Positions 7,324 through 17,800 of a DNA stretch of 64,000 nt are shown one piece after another. The notes under the pieces were generated by a model. It was not told where the DNA came from, made no database searches, and saw only the letters and a list, made by a program, of their open reading frames with translations. How positions within the stretch are numbered: position 1 is the first letter of the stretch; every line of letters begins with the position of its first letter. Position numbers and translations under genes: made by a program. Source of the stretch: Limisphaerales bacterium (GTDB lineage: Bacteria > Verrucomicrobiota > Verrucomicrobiia > Limisphaerales > SIBE01); the NCBI GenBank assembly GCA_044225505.1, contig JBGAIN010000011.1:1-64000 (forward strand), written 5' to 3'.

Positions 7324-9561
7324 ATGCGAGATACCGACTTACTGGAGCAGTACTTGCAGCACGGTTCCGAATCTGCGTTCACCGACCTGGTGAACCGATA
7401 CGTGAACTTGGCGTATTCGGTCGCCCAGCGACAGGTGCGGGATCCGGGCCTGGCGGAGGAAGTCGTCCAACAGACGTTCTGTCTTTTGTCCCAAAAGGCT
7501 CGCCACTTGGCGCAATACAACAACCTTGCAGGGTGGATTTACCGCGCAACTTACAACCTCAGCTTGAAGGCGTTGCGCAATGAGCGAATCCGCCGCGAAC
7601 GGGAGCACGCTATGGCCAATCTTGACCAACCGACCCTTGGTGACACTTCAAACGCGCCTTGGGAGTCTCTCGTCCCTCTACTGGACGAAGCGTTGACCCA
7701 ACTGCCGGACAACGACCGTGCCGTGCTTGTGCTTCGGTTCACCCAGCACAAGCCGCTGCGTGAGGTTGGGGAAGCGATGGGGACGAGCGAAGCAGCCGCC
7801 AAGATGCGGCTTGGCCGAGCTCTGGACAAGCTACGACACTTCTTCAAAGGGCGAGGGATTAGTTGCACAAGCGTTTCCCTAATCGCCGCTATGGCTGCCC
7901 TATCCACCACCGCTGCGCCGGCCGGTTTGACGGCGAGCAGCGTGGCGGCAGCGCTGGCTGCCACCAGTAACGGCCCGCTCGCGGCAATCTCACTCACAAC
8001 ACTTCTGATGCATATGGCCAAACTAAAGACCAAACTCGTTCTTGCTGGACTTGGCGCCGCTGCGGTCGTCCTGACCGGAAACTACGCCCTGAATTCGTAT
8101 CTCTGGTTGATCCCCCGTTCCGGGAGTCACGCAACCTCCAAGACCGTTGGCGCAACGAACCAAACGGCCCAAACCGGGGCCACGGAGGCTTCTGGATTCA
8201 GTGAGCGGTGGGCCGCGAAGCTGCGCGATCTTGGGCTGAGCCGTGCCGCGGCTAAACTTCGCTCGGCGCTGGACGAACCGCCACGCAAAGGGACTCGCAG
8301 TTACCCTTCCCGAGCGATGGAAGACGCGATCGCGGCATTCGGGCCGTATCATGCAGAAGCCTTTGCCATTCTAAAAGCGGCGATTGAAGATGGGAACCCG
8401 GAGGCCCGGCAACAAGCGATCGCTGCGCTCGGCGGGATTGGACGGGACGTCCCGGAAGCCAAATCCTTGCTTTGGCAACTGCTGAAATCCGGTGAAGATC
8501 GCGCCTGTTCACTCGCCCTTATGTCACTGGGAAACATCGGATTTCTGCCAGAGGAGATCAGCACTCTCGCGGGAATCCTACCCGGGCAAACGGACCAACA
8601 GCTGATTCGTTACGTGCCCGAGGCCATCGCCCGGACGATCCAGCGCGATCCAGAAGGCACAAAGCCCTATATGGCATCGGTCGAGGCTCTGCTCCAGCAT
8701 TCCGATCCGGCCGTTCGGTTTGGCGCGGCGTGCGCTCTGGCCGAACATCGCGGCGGCCAGGACAAACAGATCCTGGAAGGACTGGCCTCGGGCCTCGCCG
8801 TTTCGGAAGCCTACCGGATCCGACGGGAAGCGACGGGAGAAGCGGTCCGCCACCTGATGGCGGTCGAAACGCTGCAGCGCGTTGGGCCGGAGGCGAAATC
8901 AGTCCTTCCCGAACTTCGAACGTTTGCGGAACGGACGCCCGATTCGCTGATGCGCGAACTGGCCCTGAAAGCGATCGGCGCGATTGATGTGCAGGCGGCT
9001 CAAACTGAGCCGGAAATACAGGCACTCATTGCCAAGGACGAGCGCCGGAACGGCCTTCTAGAGCGGCTTCAAGGGGCTGCTTATACCCCTGAAGATTTGG
9101 CTCAAGGGTTAAAGGAGCCGATGACCGTCTCGTTGGCGGCGTCAAAATTGGCCGAATCCGGCGCGGCCGCCAAAGACTCGCTGCCTGCCATGCACGAAGC
9201 CATGGCCGGCAAAGATGAAGCCACTCGCGATGAGATTCTCGCAGCGATGAAACGCATTGACCCGGATTATGCCGTCGCGCGCGTTGCTCGAGAACCGGTG
9301 GCCTATGGAGCGATGGCGGCGCAGATGGAGCTGGATCGTCAAATCGCGGATGGTGAACTCAACGACGCCGCGGCCGCGTCGCTCCAGAAGCGCGTCGACT
9401 CCTATCGCATGGGGAACACTTCATGGTATACCCAGCGCGAACTCGCCGAGTTTGCCCAGCAAATTCAGAAGGAGAATCCTCGGCTCTGGGACGCGTTTGT
9501 AGCCAAAGCGACCGAGGTGGATACAAACTTCCTGCAAGCGCTCGAAGCCAAACGCCGGTGA
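7324..9561 (+). CDS. ECF sigma-70 factor with TM segment and long C-terminal HEAT-repeat extension
   Basis: DTDLLEQY..SESAFTDLVNRY..AEEVVQQTF..LAGWIYR (sigma2); LDEALTQL..DRAVLVLRF..AAKMRLGRALDKLR (sigma4); AAPAGL linker; TM; HEAT-like ARQQAIAALGGIG, VRFGAACALA, MRELALKAIGAI. Confidence 0.85.
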   Translation: MRDTDLLEQYLQHGSESAFTDLVNRYVNLAYSVAQRQVRDPGLAEEVVQQTFCLLSQKARHLAQYNNLAGWIYRATYNLSLKALRNERIRREREHAMANLDQPTLGDTSNAPWESLVPLLDEALTQLPDNDRAVLVLRFTQHKPLREVGEAMGTSEAAAKMRLGRALDKLRHFFKGRGISCTSVSLIAAMAALSTTAAPAGLTASSVAAALAATSNGPLAAISLTTLLMHMAKLKTKLVLAGLGAAAVVLTGNYALNSYLWLIPRSGSHATSKTVGATNQTAQTGATEASGFSERWAAKLRDLGLSRAAAKLRSALDEPPRKGTRSYPSRAMEDAIAAFGPYHAEAFAILKAAIEDGNPEARQQAIAALGGIGRDVPEAKSLLWQLLKSGEDRACSLALMSLGNIGFLPEEISTLAGILPGQTDQQLIRYVPEAIARTIQRDPEGTKPYMASVEALLQHSDPAVRFGAACALAEHRGGQDKQILEGLASGLAVSEAYRIRREATGEAVRHLMAVETLQRVGPEAKSVLPELRTFAERTPDSLMRELALKAIGAIDVQAAQTEPEIQALIAKDERRNGLLERLQGAAYTPEDLAQGLKEPMTVSLAASKLAESGAAAKDSLPAMHEAMAGKDEATRDEILAAMKRIDPDYAVARVAREPVAYGAMAAQMELDRQIADGELNDAAAASLQKRVDSYRMGNTSWYTQRELAEFAQQIQKENPRLWDAFVAKATEVDTNFLQALEAKRR

Positions 9562-9876
9562 GAAGCTGCTGGGGCGAGGGCAGCCTTTCGGGAAGGACTG
9601 CTGTAGTGGATTGAGCAAGAACGGGCCGAGCACCATGACGGAGAAGAGACGGTGGAGTCTTTGAAGCGAGCAGCGGAGCGACTGCTGGGGGAGATGATCA
9701 AAGAGATGGAGTGAACGGAGAAAGACTTGCCCACGCATCGCAAAACTGATCCGCGCAAAGTCCGGATCGCAGCCCCCTTGCGGTCTGGGAGCACAGTGGG
9801 TTGGAAGTGGATCGCGGAGAAGTCGCGGATGGGTCATTGGCGGAGCGCGGCGAACGCCGTTCGAGTAATACCGTGA
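9558..9876 (+). pseudogene. 3' remnant of a REP-associated tyrosine transposase (RAYT/Y1_Tnp)
   Basis: Manual translation with stops and a frameshift: VRSCWG..AFREGLL*WIEQERAEHHDGEETVES..AERLLGE..*TEKDL..RKTDPRKVRIAAPLRSGSTVGWKWIAEKSRMGHWRSAANAVR, which I recognise as the C-terminal helical region of verrucomicrobial Y1 transposases. Confidence 0.7.
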
Positions 9877-10045
9877 GGCCCGCAGAGCTGACATACAATG
9901 GTCGTCCAAACGTCGCGCGCCAGGCGAATCGGTTGTTGTTTCCACGGTCAGGACAGGGTTCTCCCAGACCGTGGAGTTGGACTTGATATGGTGTGCTACC
10001 GAAGCAACAAAGCAGTGTCCGAGGTGCTGCAACGGATAAAGACGT

Positions 10046-12661
10046 TTAGGGGTTCGATGTGTCTGATGACGGAACGATGATCTGAGCTTCGGCCTCGGCA
10101 ACTTGAATCTCGCTTTGGATGAGCGTGTAGATTGGAACTTCGCCCTGCATCACTTCAAAGGACACGGCGAGGCAATAGCGAGCCGTGCCCCCCTCCTTCA
10201 AATGATTCCAGCCGATGTGAGAGCGCACGGCGATAGCAAATTCTTCGGGCAGGTTGAATGAATCAAAAATCGCCCAATCCTTCTGCACCGACCCGCGATT
10301 GCGACTGGTCTCTTGCGCTTCTCCCCAACCTTCGCGCTTGTGCAGCGTCCAGGGGAATTCTTCATAGGGAGATGTGCCACCATCTTGCATCCGCGCCAAA
10401 AATTCATCTCGCGGCTCGTTCAATTTGCAGGTTTCCCAATCGAGCCATGTTTCTAAATAACCAGTGCGCCGGGCACGCGTGCGACGCGGCAGCGCCGTGT
10501 AAGCCAGCGTCACGTCTAACCGAATCCTCGCTTCCAACGCGGCACTCCGCAGTTCTTCGGGAATCCGAATGGTGTAGAGATGCAACTGCTTGCTCGGAAT
10601 TATTTCGGAATCGGGCGTGATCAAAGTGACACGCATTTCGGAATTGGCCGTGGCCCTGAGCAGTGAGGGAAGCCCGTAGCCGATTAGTTTAAGCACCTTG
10701 TCTTTGTCGGCTTCGCTTTCAGCCCAGCCGGGCCATCGGGCGCTTTGCACAATCAACGTCCGGTAGAGCAAAGGCGACGCGGCGGGGAGTAGATTTTGCA
10801 GATGCGCCGCGATGTGAGCCACCTTCGGCGCTGCAAACGATGTGCCCGCGCCATCCTTGGAGTAAGCGGGTTGGCCGTGCACGGTCGAGTTGAGCAATTC
10901 GACTGCAACCTCCGGGTGGAGCCTGACGAGGCGGGGCGGATTCTTGGAATAGACAAGGTCGCCGCCAATTTCCACAACTTCGGGTTTCACGACTGACCAC
11001 GGCTCGCCATAGCCAGCTCGGCTGAAACCAGAAGGCTGATGTTTCCCTGCTGCAAACGAACGGGTGTCCGCATCGTCAAAGACAGTCGCACTGACCGAAC
11101 CGACGGACAGCGCATGGAGGCTTTGAGCTGGATTCGCCACACGCATCGAGGCTTCCAGTTGATGTGCGGGCGGTTGCTTGCCGGCATCCAAATGGGCACG
11201 CAAGCCCGGATTAGAATGGTCGCCGGTGTCAAAGCGGTTTTGATTGCCCGCCGACTGGATGAACAACACTTCCTGCTCATGCGAAAGCTGGTCCAGCTTG
11301 GCTGCCCAGGAAGTCATGCGCTGCATTGGGCAAGGCACATTCGCATTAATCGAGTGATTGAAAATCTTGGTGAAGCGCGGTGCGGCGTGAAAATGCGCTA
11401 CAACCTGCTGGAGATATTCTTCCGGTGCGAGCGCGTCGGGTAATTTGCTGGCTGCATCAAGAACACGGGCGTTCTGAATCCAAGCAACTGGTTCGACTTC
11501 GCCGACGGCGGGGATCGTGTCGGGATAGAGAACTGCGCCAGCGACCCGAGTGCCGTGTCCTTGCGGGTGAACGTAATCAGCCACATCGTCTGCGGCGACG
11601 CCGGGCAGAAAGCACCGGCTCGTTTCTGTATCAATGGCTGGTTCAAGCCAGCGGTGGCCTTCCTCGATGCCGCTGTCTATCACGCACACCGTGGCCGCAC
11701 TGTCAGCCGGCGGACGCACTCGCAATTGCGGTTCGCCCTGAAGCCCCAGGCTTTCGCTCACCAGTTGCTGCAACTCCGGCGGAAACACGACATCAAACAA
11801 GTGAGCGAAATTCAGAATCACGTCACGGAAGCCTGCACCCTTCATCCGCACGCGCACTTGCACGCTATCGGGAAAAACCATGCCAAGTTCCCCTTGTTGG
11901 GCGGGATCGGAAATCATCCCTGAAATGATTTCTCCGCCGTAGTGCTGGATGAACTGATGCAGTTCGTCCACGCGGGCCTCCGCTTTTTCGTCCCACTCGA
12001 TGGTTGCCTGCTCCCAAACTTTGTTGCGCTCCGTTTCCCGACGTTGCAAAAACATCTCCTGTGTTTCGCTCTTCTTCGGCTTTATTGGCGGCCATTTCAC
12101 ATCACGCGTGCTGGTTGCGGTCTGAATGCCGAGATCGAAAGTGTAGGTCGTGGCATCGGTCAACGGCCATAGAGCGAGGATTTCGGGAGCAAGAATGTTT
12201 TGCAGCCGGCGCGGGTCGTCCGGCTGTTCGTAAATGTCCAACAGGGATGAGCCGGCGACGAGTCCGCCTGCGCCGGTTTCAAATGCCTTCAACACCTCTT
12301 CCAGCTTGCTGAATTGAAGATCCACTGACGAAACCAACATTAAACCGTGCTCGATTTCTGCGACCAACTCCACGCCGAGTGCGCGGACGAGTTGGTCAAC
12401 GTCCACGCCTTCGGGGAGCTTCAGCAGGAAACCTCTATCTGCGGGGATGGCGGGCAGTCCCATCTCGGCGCGCAGCCGGCGAAGTTCTTCATAAGAACGC
12501 CGCATCCCACCAAGAATACCGCGAATCTTGTTCGCGTGGCTTTGGGGGTTCGCGCGATTGGCGTCAACTTCCGGGTTCGGATGCGGCGTGGGCGGGAATT
12601 TTGGCGCGTAACTGCCTCGTAGCGCCAGATGCAGGTGCCGGAAATCTGGAGGCGCTGGCAT
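10046..12661 (-). CDS. ietS: S8 family subtilisin-like serine peptidase (IetS/Y4bN-like)
   Basis: Catalytic triad VCVIDSGI / GHGTRVAG / GTSFAAPKVA, oxyanion QSAGN, KPEVVEIGG; no signal peptide; 5 nt downstream of an AAA ATPase. Confidence 0.85.
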   Translation of the reverse strand: MPAPPDFRHLHLALRGSYAPKFPPTPHPNPEVDANRANPQSHANKIRGILGGMRRSYEELRRLRAEMGLPAIPADRGFLLKLPEGVDVDQLVRALGVELVAEIEHGLMLVSSVDLQFSKLEEVLKAFETGAGGLVAGSSLLDIYEQPDDPRRLQNILAPEILALWPLTDATTYTFDLGIQTATSTRDVKWPPIKPKKSETQEMFLQRRETERNKVWEQATIEWDEKAEARVDELHQFIQHYGGEIISGMISDPAQQGELGMVFPDSVQVRVRMKGAGFRDVILNFAHLFDVVFPPELQQLVSESLGLQGEPQLRVRPPADSAATVCVIDSGIEEGHRWLEPAIDTETSRCFLPGVAADDVADYVHPQGHGTRVAGAVLYPDTIPAVGEVEPVAWIQNARVLDAASKLPDALAPEEYLQQVVAHFHAAPRFTKIFNHSINANVPCPMQRMTSWAAKLDQLSHEQEVLFIQSAGNQNRFDTGDHSNPGLRAHLDAGKQPPAHQLEASMRVANPAQSLHALSVGSVSATVFDDADTRSFAAGKHQPSGFSRAGYGEPWSVVKPEVVEIGGDLVYSKNPPRLVRLHPEVAVELLNSTVHGQPAYSKDGAGTSFAAPKVAHIAAHLQNLLPAASPLLYRTLIVQSARWPGWAESEADKDKVLKLIGYGLPSLLRATANSEMRVTLITPDSEIIPSKQLHLYTIRIPEELRSAALEARIRLDVTLAYTALPRRTRARRTGYLETWLDWETCKLNEPRDEFLARMQDGGTSPYEEFPWTLHKREGWGEAQETSRNRGSVQKDWAIFDSFNLPEEFAIAVRSHIGWNHLKEGGTARYCLAVSFEVMQGEVPIYTLIQSEIQVAEAEAQIIVPSSDTSNP

Positions 12662-12666
12662 AAAGT

Positions 12667-13650
12667 TCAGTGCGCTTGGTTGTGCTCCTGAACTTCGGCG
12701 AGCGCATGTCGGATGTCCGCCTCACTGACTCGCCGTCGACCTTCCAACACACAATGTTTCGCGGCGCTCTGCGCGACGTGAACCACCTCCGACCCCGACA
12801 TGCCATCCATTGCTTGCGCGATTTCCCGCCAGCCGATGCTGGCCTCTTTTTCCATCGGCGATAATGTCGATTCCAACAGCCTGCAAATTTCCTCAATGCC
12901 GGGCAGCGGGACTTTCAGCACTTCATCAAATCGCCGAAACAGGGCGCCGTCCAAAGCCGAATCCAAATTGGTGGCGGCGATCACCAGGCCATCGCCTTTA
13001 TAATCTTCCAACATTTCCAGCAAGGCGTTGGTGATGCGCGTGACTTCGCCCACGTCATTGCGCTCCGTGCGCGAACGCGCAAGCGAATCGCACTCATCCA
13101 AGAACAATGCGCACGGTGAAGCCTGGGCGGCATCAAACACTTTGCGCAGATTTGCCATCGTCTCGCCGAAGTAGGACGACAGCAACGTGTCGAACCGCAC
13201 TTTGCGGAGCGGCAGTCCTGTGTTCCATGCGAGACGTTCAGCACCGAGGCTCTTGCCACAGCCGGGCGGACCGTAAAGCAATATACGATGGCGCGGCTTC
13301 AAGCCGTGCTTGGCCAGCCGTGTGCGCGCCGCAAATTCCTTCTCAATCCGGTGAAAGCGCCGTTCCACGGCATCCGGCAGAACCATGTGATGCCGGAGCT
13401 TGTCCACCGGGATTTCCTGCATCAGCGGTGCGGAATCTCGCTGGCTGGTGGGCAGTCGGTGAAGCGTGCCTGCATGTAGCGCGGACCTGGGTGTTTGCTT
13501 CGCAGTTAGAATCTGCTCCAACTCCTTGGCCACGCGGCCATGTCCCTGTTTCTTTTCCTCCTCGATGACGCGACGGCAGAGGGTCTCCACGTCAGCGCTT
13601 GAGCCTGACTGGATCACGCGGAACAATCGCTTCATTAGCGTCGCGTTCAT
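12667..13650 (-). CDS. ietA: AAA+ ATPase (IetA-like)
   Basis: Walker A GPPGCGKS, SSYFGET, Walker B LFLDECD, NDVGE, AATN..LD.ALFRRFD; operon with the S8 peptidase. Confidence 0.85.
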   Translation of the reverse strand: MNATLMKRLFRVIQSGSSADVETLCRRVIEEEKKQGHGRVAKELEQILTAKQTPRSALHAGTLHRLPTSQRDSAPLMQEIPVDKLRHHMVLPDAVERRFHRIEKEFAARTRLAKHGLKPRHRILLYGPPGCGKSLGAERLAWNTGLPLRKVRFDTLLSSYFGETMANLRKVFDAAQASPCALFLDECDSLARSRTERNDVGEVTRITNALLEMLEDYKGDGLVIAATNLDSALDGALFRRFDEVLKVPLPGIEEICRLLESTLSPMEKEASIGWREIAQAMDGMSGSEVVHVAQSAAKHCVLEGRRRVSEADIRHALAEVQEHNQAH

Positions 13651-13977
13651 GTTGACAATATTTTAGCGATTCTGCGCCAGAATGGGAATCTTTGTCTTTG
13701 CTCGGGCACATGGCAATTCGCGAATTCGCTTAAGCGCTTTCGTTGGCGATGGCAGACGGCGCTGATCAAGGCTGGCCCAGCGGCAAAGTTCGACATGGGT
13801 CTGACGGCCGTGCTTGCTGGGACGCTTGCCCGGCGAAAGCGCTCCGGTTCGGAGGGCGTCGCGGACAGCCGTGCTAAAAAACTAGCTGTTGGCTGCTGAC
13901 GTGGAGATGGTGACGAAGCAATAAGTGAAAGAAGCGTCTTTTGAGGGGGGCATTCGAGAGGGGCAGACCCGAAGAAT

Positions 13978-14238
13978 GCAAGATGTCTGTTGAGGTGCGG
14001 TGGGAGGTAGCGGCTGTTTTTGGCAATGGCAACGAAGTCGGAGGTGCCGTATCCAGGAGTGACCTACCCCGTGATGAGCTCAAGCGAAATCTATGCTGCT
14101 GCGCGCGTGGGCGGGTTGCTCAAGCAACCGTGAGGATCACCTCGCCGTCTCCCTGGATTTCCGAAACTGACAGATCCGATGCTGGGAGATTTCAAATCTC
14201 TTCTGCTAGGGACTAAGCAACGAGGTGCGCAGTTGTTT
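13978..14238 (+). repeat. Composite degenerate repeat copy A: RAYT 5' remnant (14026-14088) + conserved block + GAGATTTCAAATCTC palindrome block
   Basis: Three collinear blocks align by eye with 20048-20158, 20279-20352 and 20490-20557; ATG 14026 reads MATKSEVPYPGVTYPVMS (cf. RAYT start MARKLRVEYPGAIYHVM). Confidence 0.75.
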
Positions 14239-14664
14239 GTTTGCCAACAAAACGTTCGCGCGAGCGCAAGCGCTCCGCACGAGTCGGGCCGTGTCGATGA
14301 TTGCTCGTTGGTGACGCGCGCTGCCTACCTGACCACTAGGATCGGTTGCAGTCACTTCAAAGCAGAAAAGCTTGCCCTCCCGACCGACGTATCGGGCTGA
14401 GGCAGTCACGAGAGCGCCGACCGGGGTCGGAGCCGAATGGGTGACGTCGATTTTGAATCCGACGGATAACTCGCCCGGACGCAGGACAGGGTGCAGCAGG
14501 CGCGCACATGCGATTTCCATCAGAGCGACCAGCCGGGATGTGGCCAGGACTTCCGGAAAAGCGTCACAAGGCTCGATGGGCAGCGCACTCGCCAAGTCGC
14601 CCGGAGATACGATGAGGGTCGCGGTTGCTTCCAGTTCATTGGGATCTGACTCATGGCTTATCAT
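14206..14664 (-). CDS. Hot-dog fold thioesterase (FlK/fluoroacetyl-CoA thioesterase-like)
   Basis: VLATSRLVALMEIAC..GELSVG..DVTHSAPTPVG..V.A..F.V.A.D..G.VG...H.RAII; start taken at MISHES. Confidence 0.85.
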   Translation of the reverse strand: MISHESDPNELEATATLIVSPGDLASALPIEPCDAFPEVLATSRLVALMEIACARLLHPVLRPGELSVGFKIDVTHSAPTPVGALVTASARYVGREGKLFCFEVTATDPSGQVGSARHQRAIIDTARLVRSACARANVLLANKQLRTSLLSP

Positions 14665-14802
14665 TAACTCGCACCACTGAAACTGAACATAGTACTTCGG
14701 TAGTAGCCGCTTCATTCGCACTAAGAGTCTGGGTGGCTGGACAAACGAAAGCGGCAAAACCAGGAGTTGGTTTGGTGCGTGCTGTCTACGAATTGGCCAA
14801 GT

Positions 14803-17800
14803 TTACGGCATACGCAGCCGATAAAAGAGATAGCTTGTCGTTTGGCTGGAGATGTCGATTGAGACTGCGTTCGTATCCGCTTCCCAGGAGGTGAGAAACT
14901 CCCAGTGCGTCAGGTCGGCTGACCATTCCACTTGATAAGCGACACTTGGTGACTGGTGCACCCTGAGTCGGATGCGCTTACCATCAAAGAAGATTTTCTC
15001 GATTTCGGGCGGAGCGGGCGGAGTGAACACGTTAATCTTAAAGCTCTGTGTGGCATACATGGGCGGATATCCGTCGTCGGACACAACAATTTCAACAGTG
15101 TGCTCACCAAGTTGATTGGGTTCGGCCATCCACGTGAACACTCCTGTTGTGGCGTCTAGCGTGGCGCCAGTAGGTGCAAAGCGTCCCAGCCAAAACCGGA
15201 GCGTGTTCGCTGGAATATCCGGATCTAGGGCGTCGAGTTGGAGTGTCAGTTTCTCTCCGAGAACGAGTTTTTGAGGCGGGATCGGAGTAATAGACCCAGG
15301 CTGGTTGACCTCCACGATCGGAACTTCGACGGCCTGTCTTATCTCAGTCCCCGGTGACCTGCTGTCCCGAGCAACCACAGCGAATCGGGCTACCCCAGGC
15401 CCTTCCGCTTCACCTGGAATCCACGTTATCTGCCCGTTTGTTGCATTAATGGAGAGGGTAGGTGGGCCTCCTTCAATCGAGAAAGTGAATGCACTGGATG
15501 GCGAATCCTCGCTCGAGATGAAAACGGAAAGAGGATAACGATTCAATTCTCGCGCGTCAGGCCCCGTTGGAATGAACAAGTTGGGCAGTCGCGTGTAAGA
15601 AGCACTCGGCGGGTTGGTGCCAATCAATCGTGCCACACCGTTGCGAAGCAGGCTGTTCATCCAAGTGAACCCTCCCGCAACGAGCAGGTTTCCATCAGCT
15701 TCGAGCGCCAAACTGCGGATGGCTTCGTTCGATTGGAATCCGGCAGGCCCACCGTCGGGATCAAAAGCGAGGTCCAGGGACGCATCGGGCTTTATCTTGG
15801 CAAGGCTATGGCGATATGTTGTGGACCCCTGGACCGTTACCGCCGAGAAGTTACCGGCAAACGTCAAGTGGTCATCCTCGTGGAGTGCCAGTGCAAGTAC
15901 CTCGGACTGCAGAGACGGTAACCCAACTTGCCATCCTGTCTCATTCAGACGACCGGTCGGATCAATCTGGAGGATACCGCGAGTAACGGCGCTAGTGGCT
16001 TCCACCATGCGACCGCCGATCACGATCTGCCCCGAGGATCTGGTGGTTAAGGCGTTCACTCGACCGCTCCACGACAGAACGGGCGCGCCAGGCATTGGGT
16101 CCAGGGAACCCGTGAAAAACAATCGCGCCACTCCAGCGCGAGGCCGAGTGTTTACCTCCGTAAACTCGCCGCCAATCCAAATTCCGCCTTCGTGATCAAG
16201 CGTGATTGCGTGCACGGGGCCATTGGGACCGGGGTCATTTTCGAGTTCTGGTCGCACCGTGCCATCCCGATTGAGAAAGGCCAGGTTGCGGCGCGTTGCG
16301 CCAACACGTCGAGAAACTTCCTCCGACAACGAGATCTCCATTCGCTCGCGCCACGACAGAATGAACTTCACCTTCTGGATTCAGTCGCACGACAAACGAG
16401 ATATCGAACTGGCCCGAGCGACCGAAGGGCGAGTTGCCATGGGCCACCGCTTGGATCGGACATATGACCGCCCGCGAGGAAATGGTCCGCATCCTCCGGC
16501 ACCAAGCAGTGCACTGCGCCAGCGAGGATCAGGGAGGCCTCGATTGTCTCATCGAGGGAACCATCTTGGTTCAGGCGAGCCAGACCGTTCCGGGCTTTGC
16601 CCTGGTACTGAGAGAAACGGCCGCCAACCCAGCTTGCGCGGTTCGTTTGGGATAAAACAGCGAGGATCGGCCCATTAGCGCCCAATCCTGTGAAAGAACT
16701 TGGATCTGGGAGGCCAGCGGTTGCGTTAGCGGGGAGTGCGGTCAAGGTGGCACGGGAGAGAGGTAAGGATCCATCGGGCATTTCGGCGGTCAGGAGGTAG
16801 TTGCCTTGGTTGGTTTGTGTGACGCTGGCGATGGTGAGTGTCTGATTGGTTTTGGCACTTAGCACAGTGCTGCTGCTATCGTTGGTGAACGACCACTGGA
16901 ACTTAGTTGGCCAGAGGCTCTCGACCACTGGACTTAACGTGATGGATTGACCCACACGTGCCGTCCTGTTGAACAGAGGTGACACGAGGCGAGGTGCCTC
17001 TGGGGCAGGGGCTTTACCAAAAACTCGACCCACGCGAGCGCGTTGAAGTTCTCCAATAATATTGAAATAACCGGCGACCAGGATGTCGCCATCAGGTTGC
17101 AGACCCAAGGCCATGCCGACAGGGCGATCGTTCGTCCAGGTCGCAGTTAGGTCGAGGCCCGACGCAAACGTGGAGTCGACAGAACCATTGGGATCAAGGC
17201 GGACTAGCCCCTTGTGATCCGTCTTAGTCAGCTTAAGAATCTCGCCAGTAACGACCAGCTTTTCGTCTGCCTGCACCAGAATGTCCGAGACTGCTTCGGT
17301 CGTGATTGTTGAGGCAAACGTTGCATCGTAAGCTCCATCCTCAAGGAAGCGAGCCAACCCGTTCACGTAGTCAAGATCGTCCCCGGCAAAAGAAAAACTG
17401 CCGCCAACAACGATCTTGCCACCCTGGAGCGCCATGGCGTAAACCGCGTCGTCCAATCCAGTCTGGGCGTTGAACGATGGGTCCACCGTACCGTTTGATC
17501 TTAACCGAGCCAGGTGATCACATCGCGCACCGTTCACTTCGGTGAAAGCGCCCGCGATTAGAAGTCGATCCTCGTCTTGCCAAAGAATTTTATTAACCTC
17601 GCCATTTACCTTTGCGATAAAGTCAGCGTCGTGTGTGCCATCGCGTCGCAGCAGGACTAGATTCTGGACTGGGATTCCATTCACTTCATCGATAGTTCCG
17701 CCCACCGCAATTTCACCATTGGCTCGGATCGCCACGGTACGGATCCAAGTGCCTTCGCCAAAGTGCGGGGAAAAAGTCAAATCCACGGCTCCGTCCGTTC

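Noticed and set aside
9421..10101. 226-aa minus-strand ORF as a third (effector) gene of the ietAS operon
   Set aside because: It overlaps ietS, the RAYT remnant and the ECF gene on the other strand, and its composition is not protein-like.
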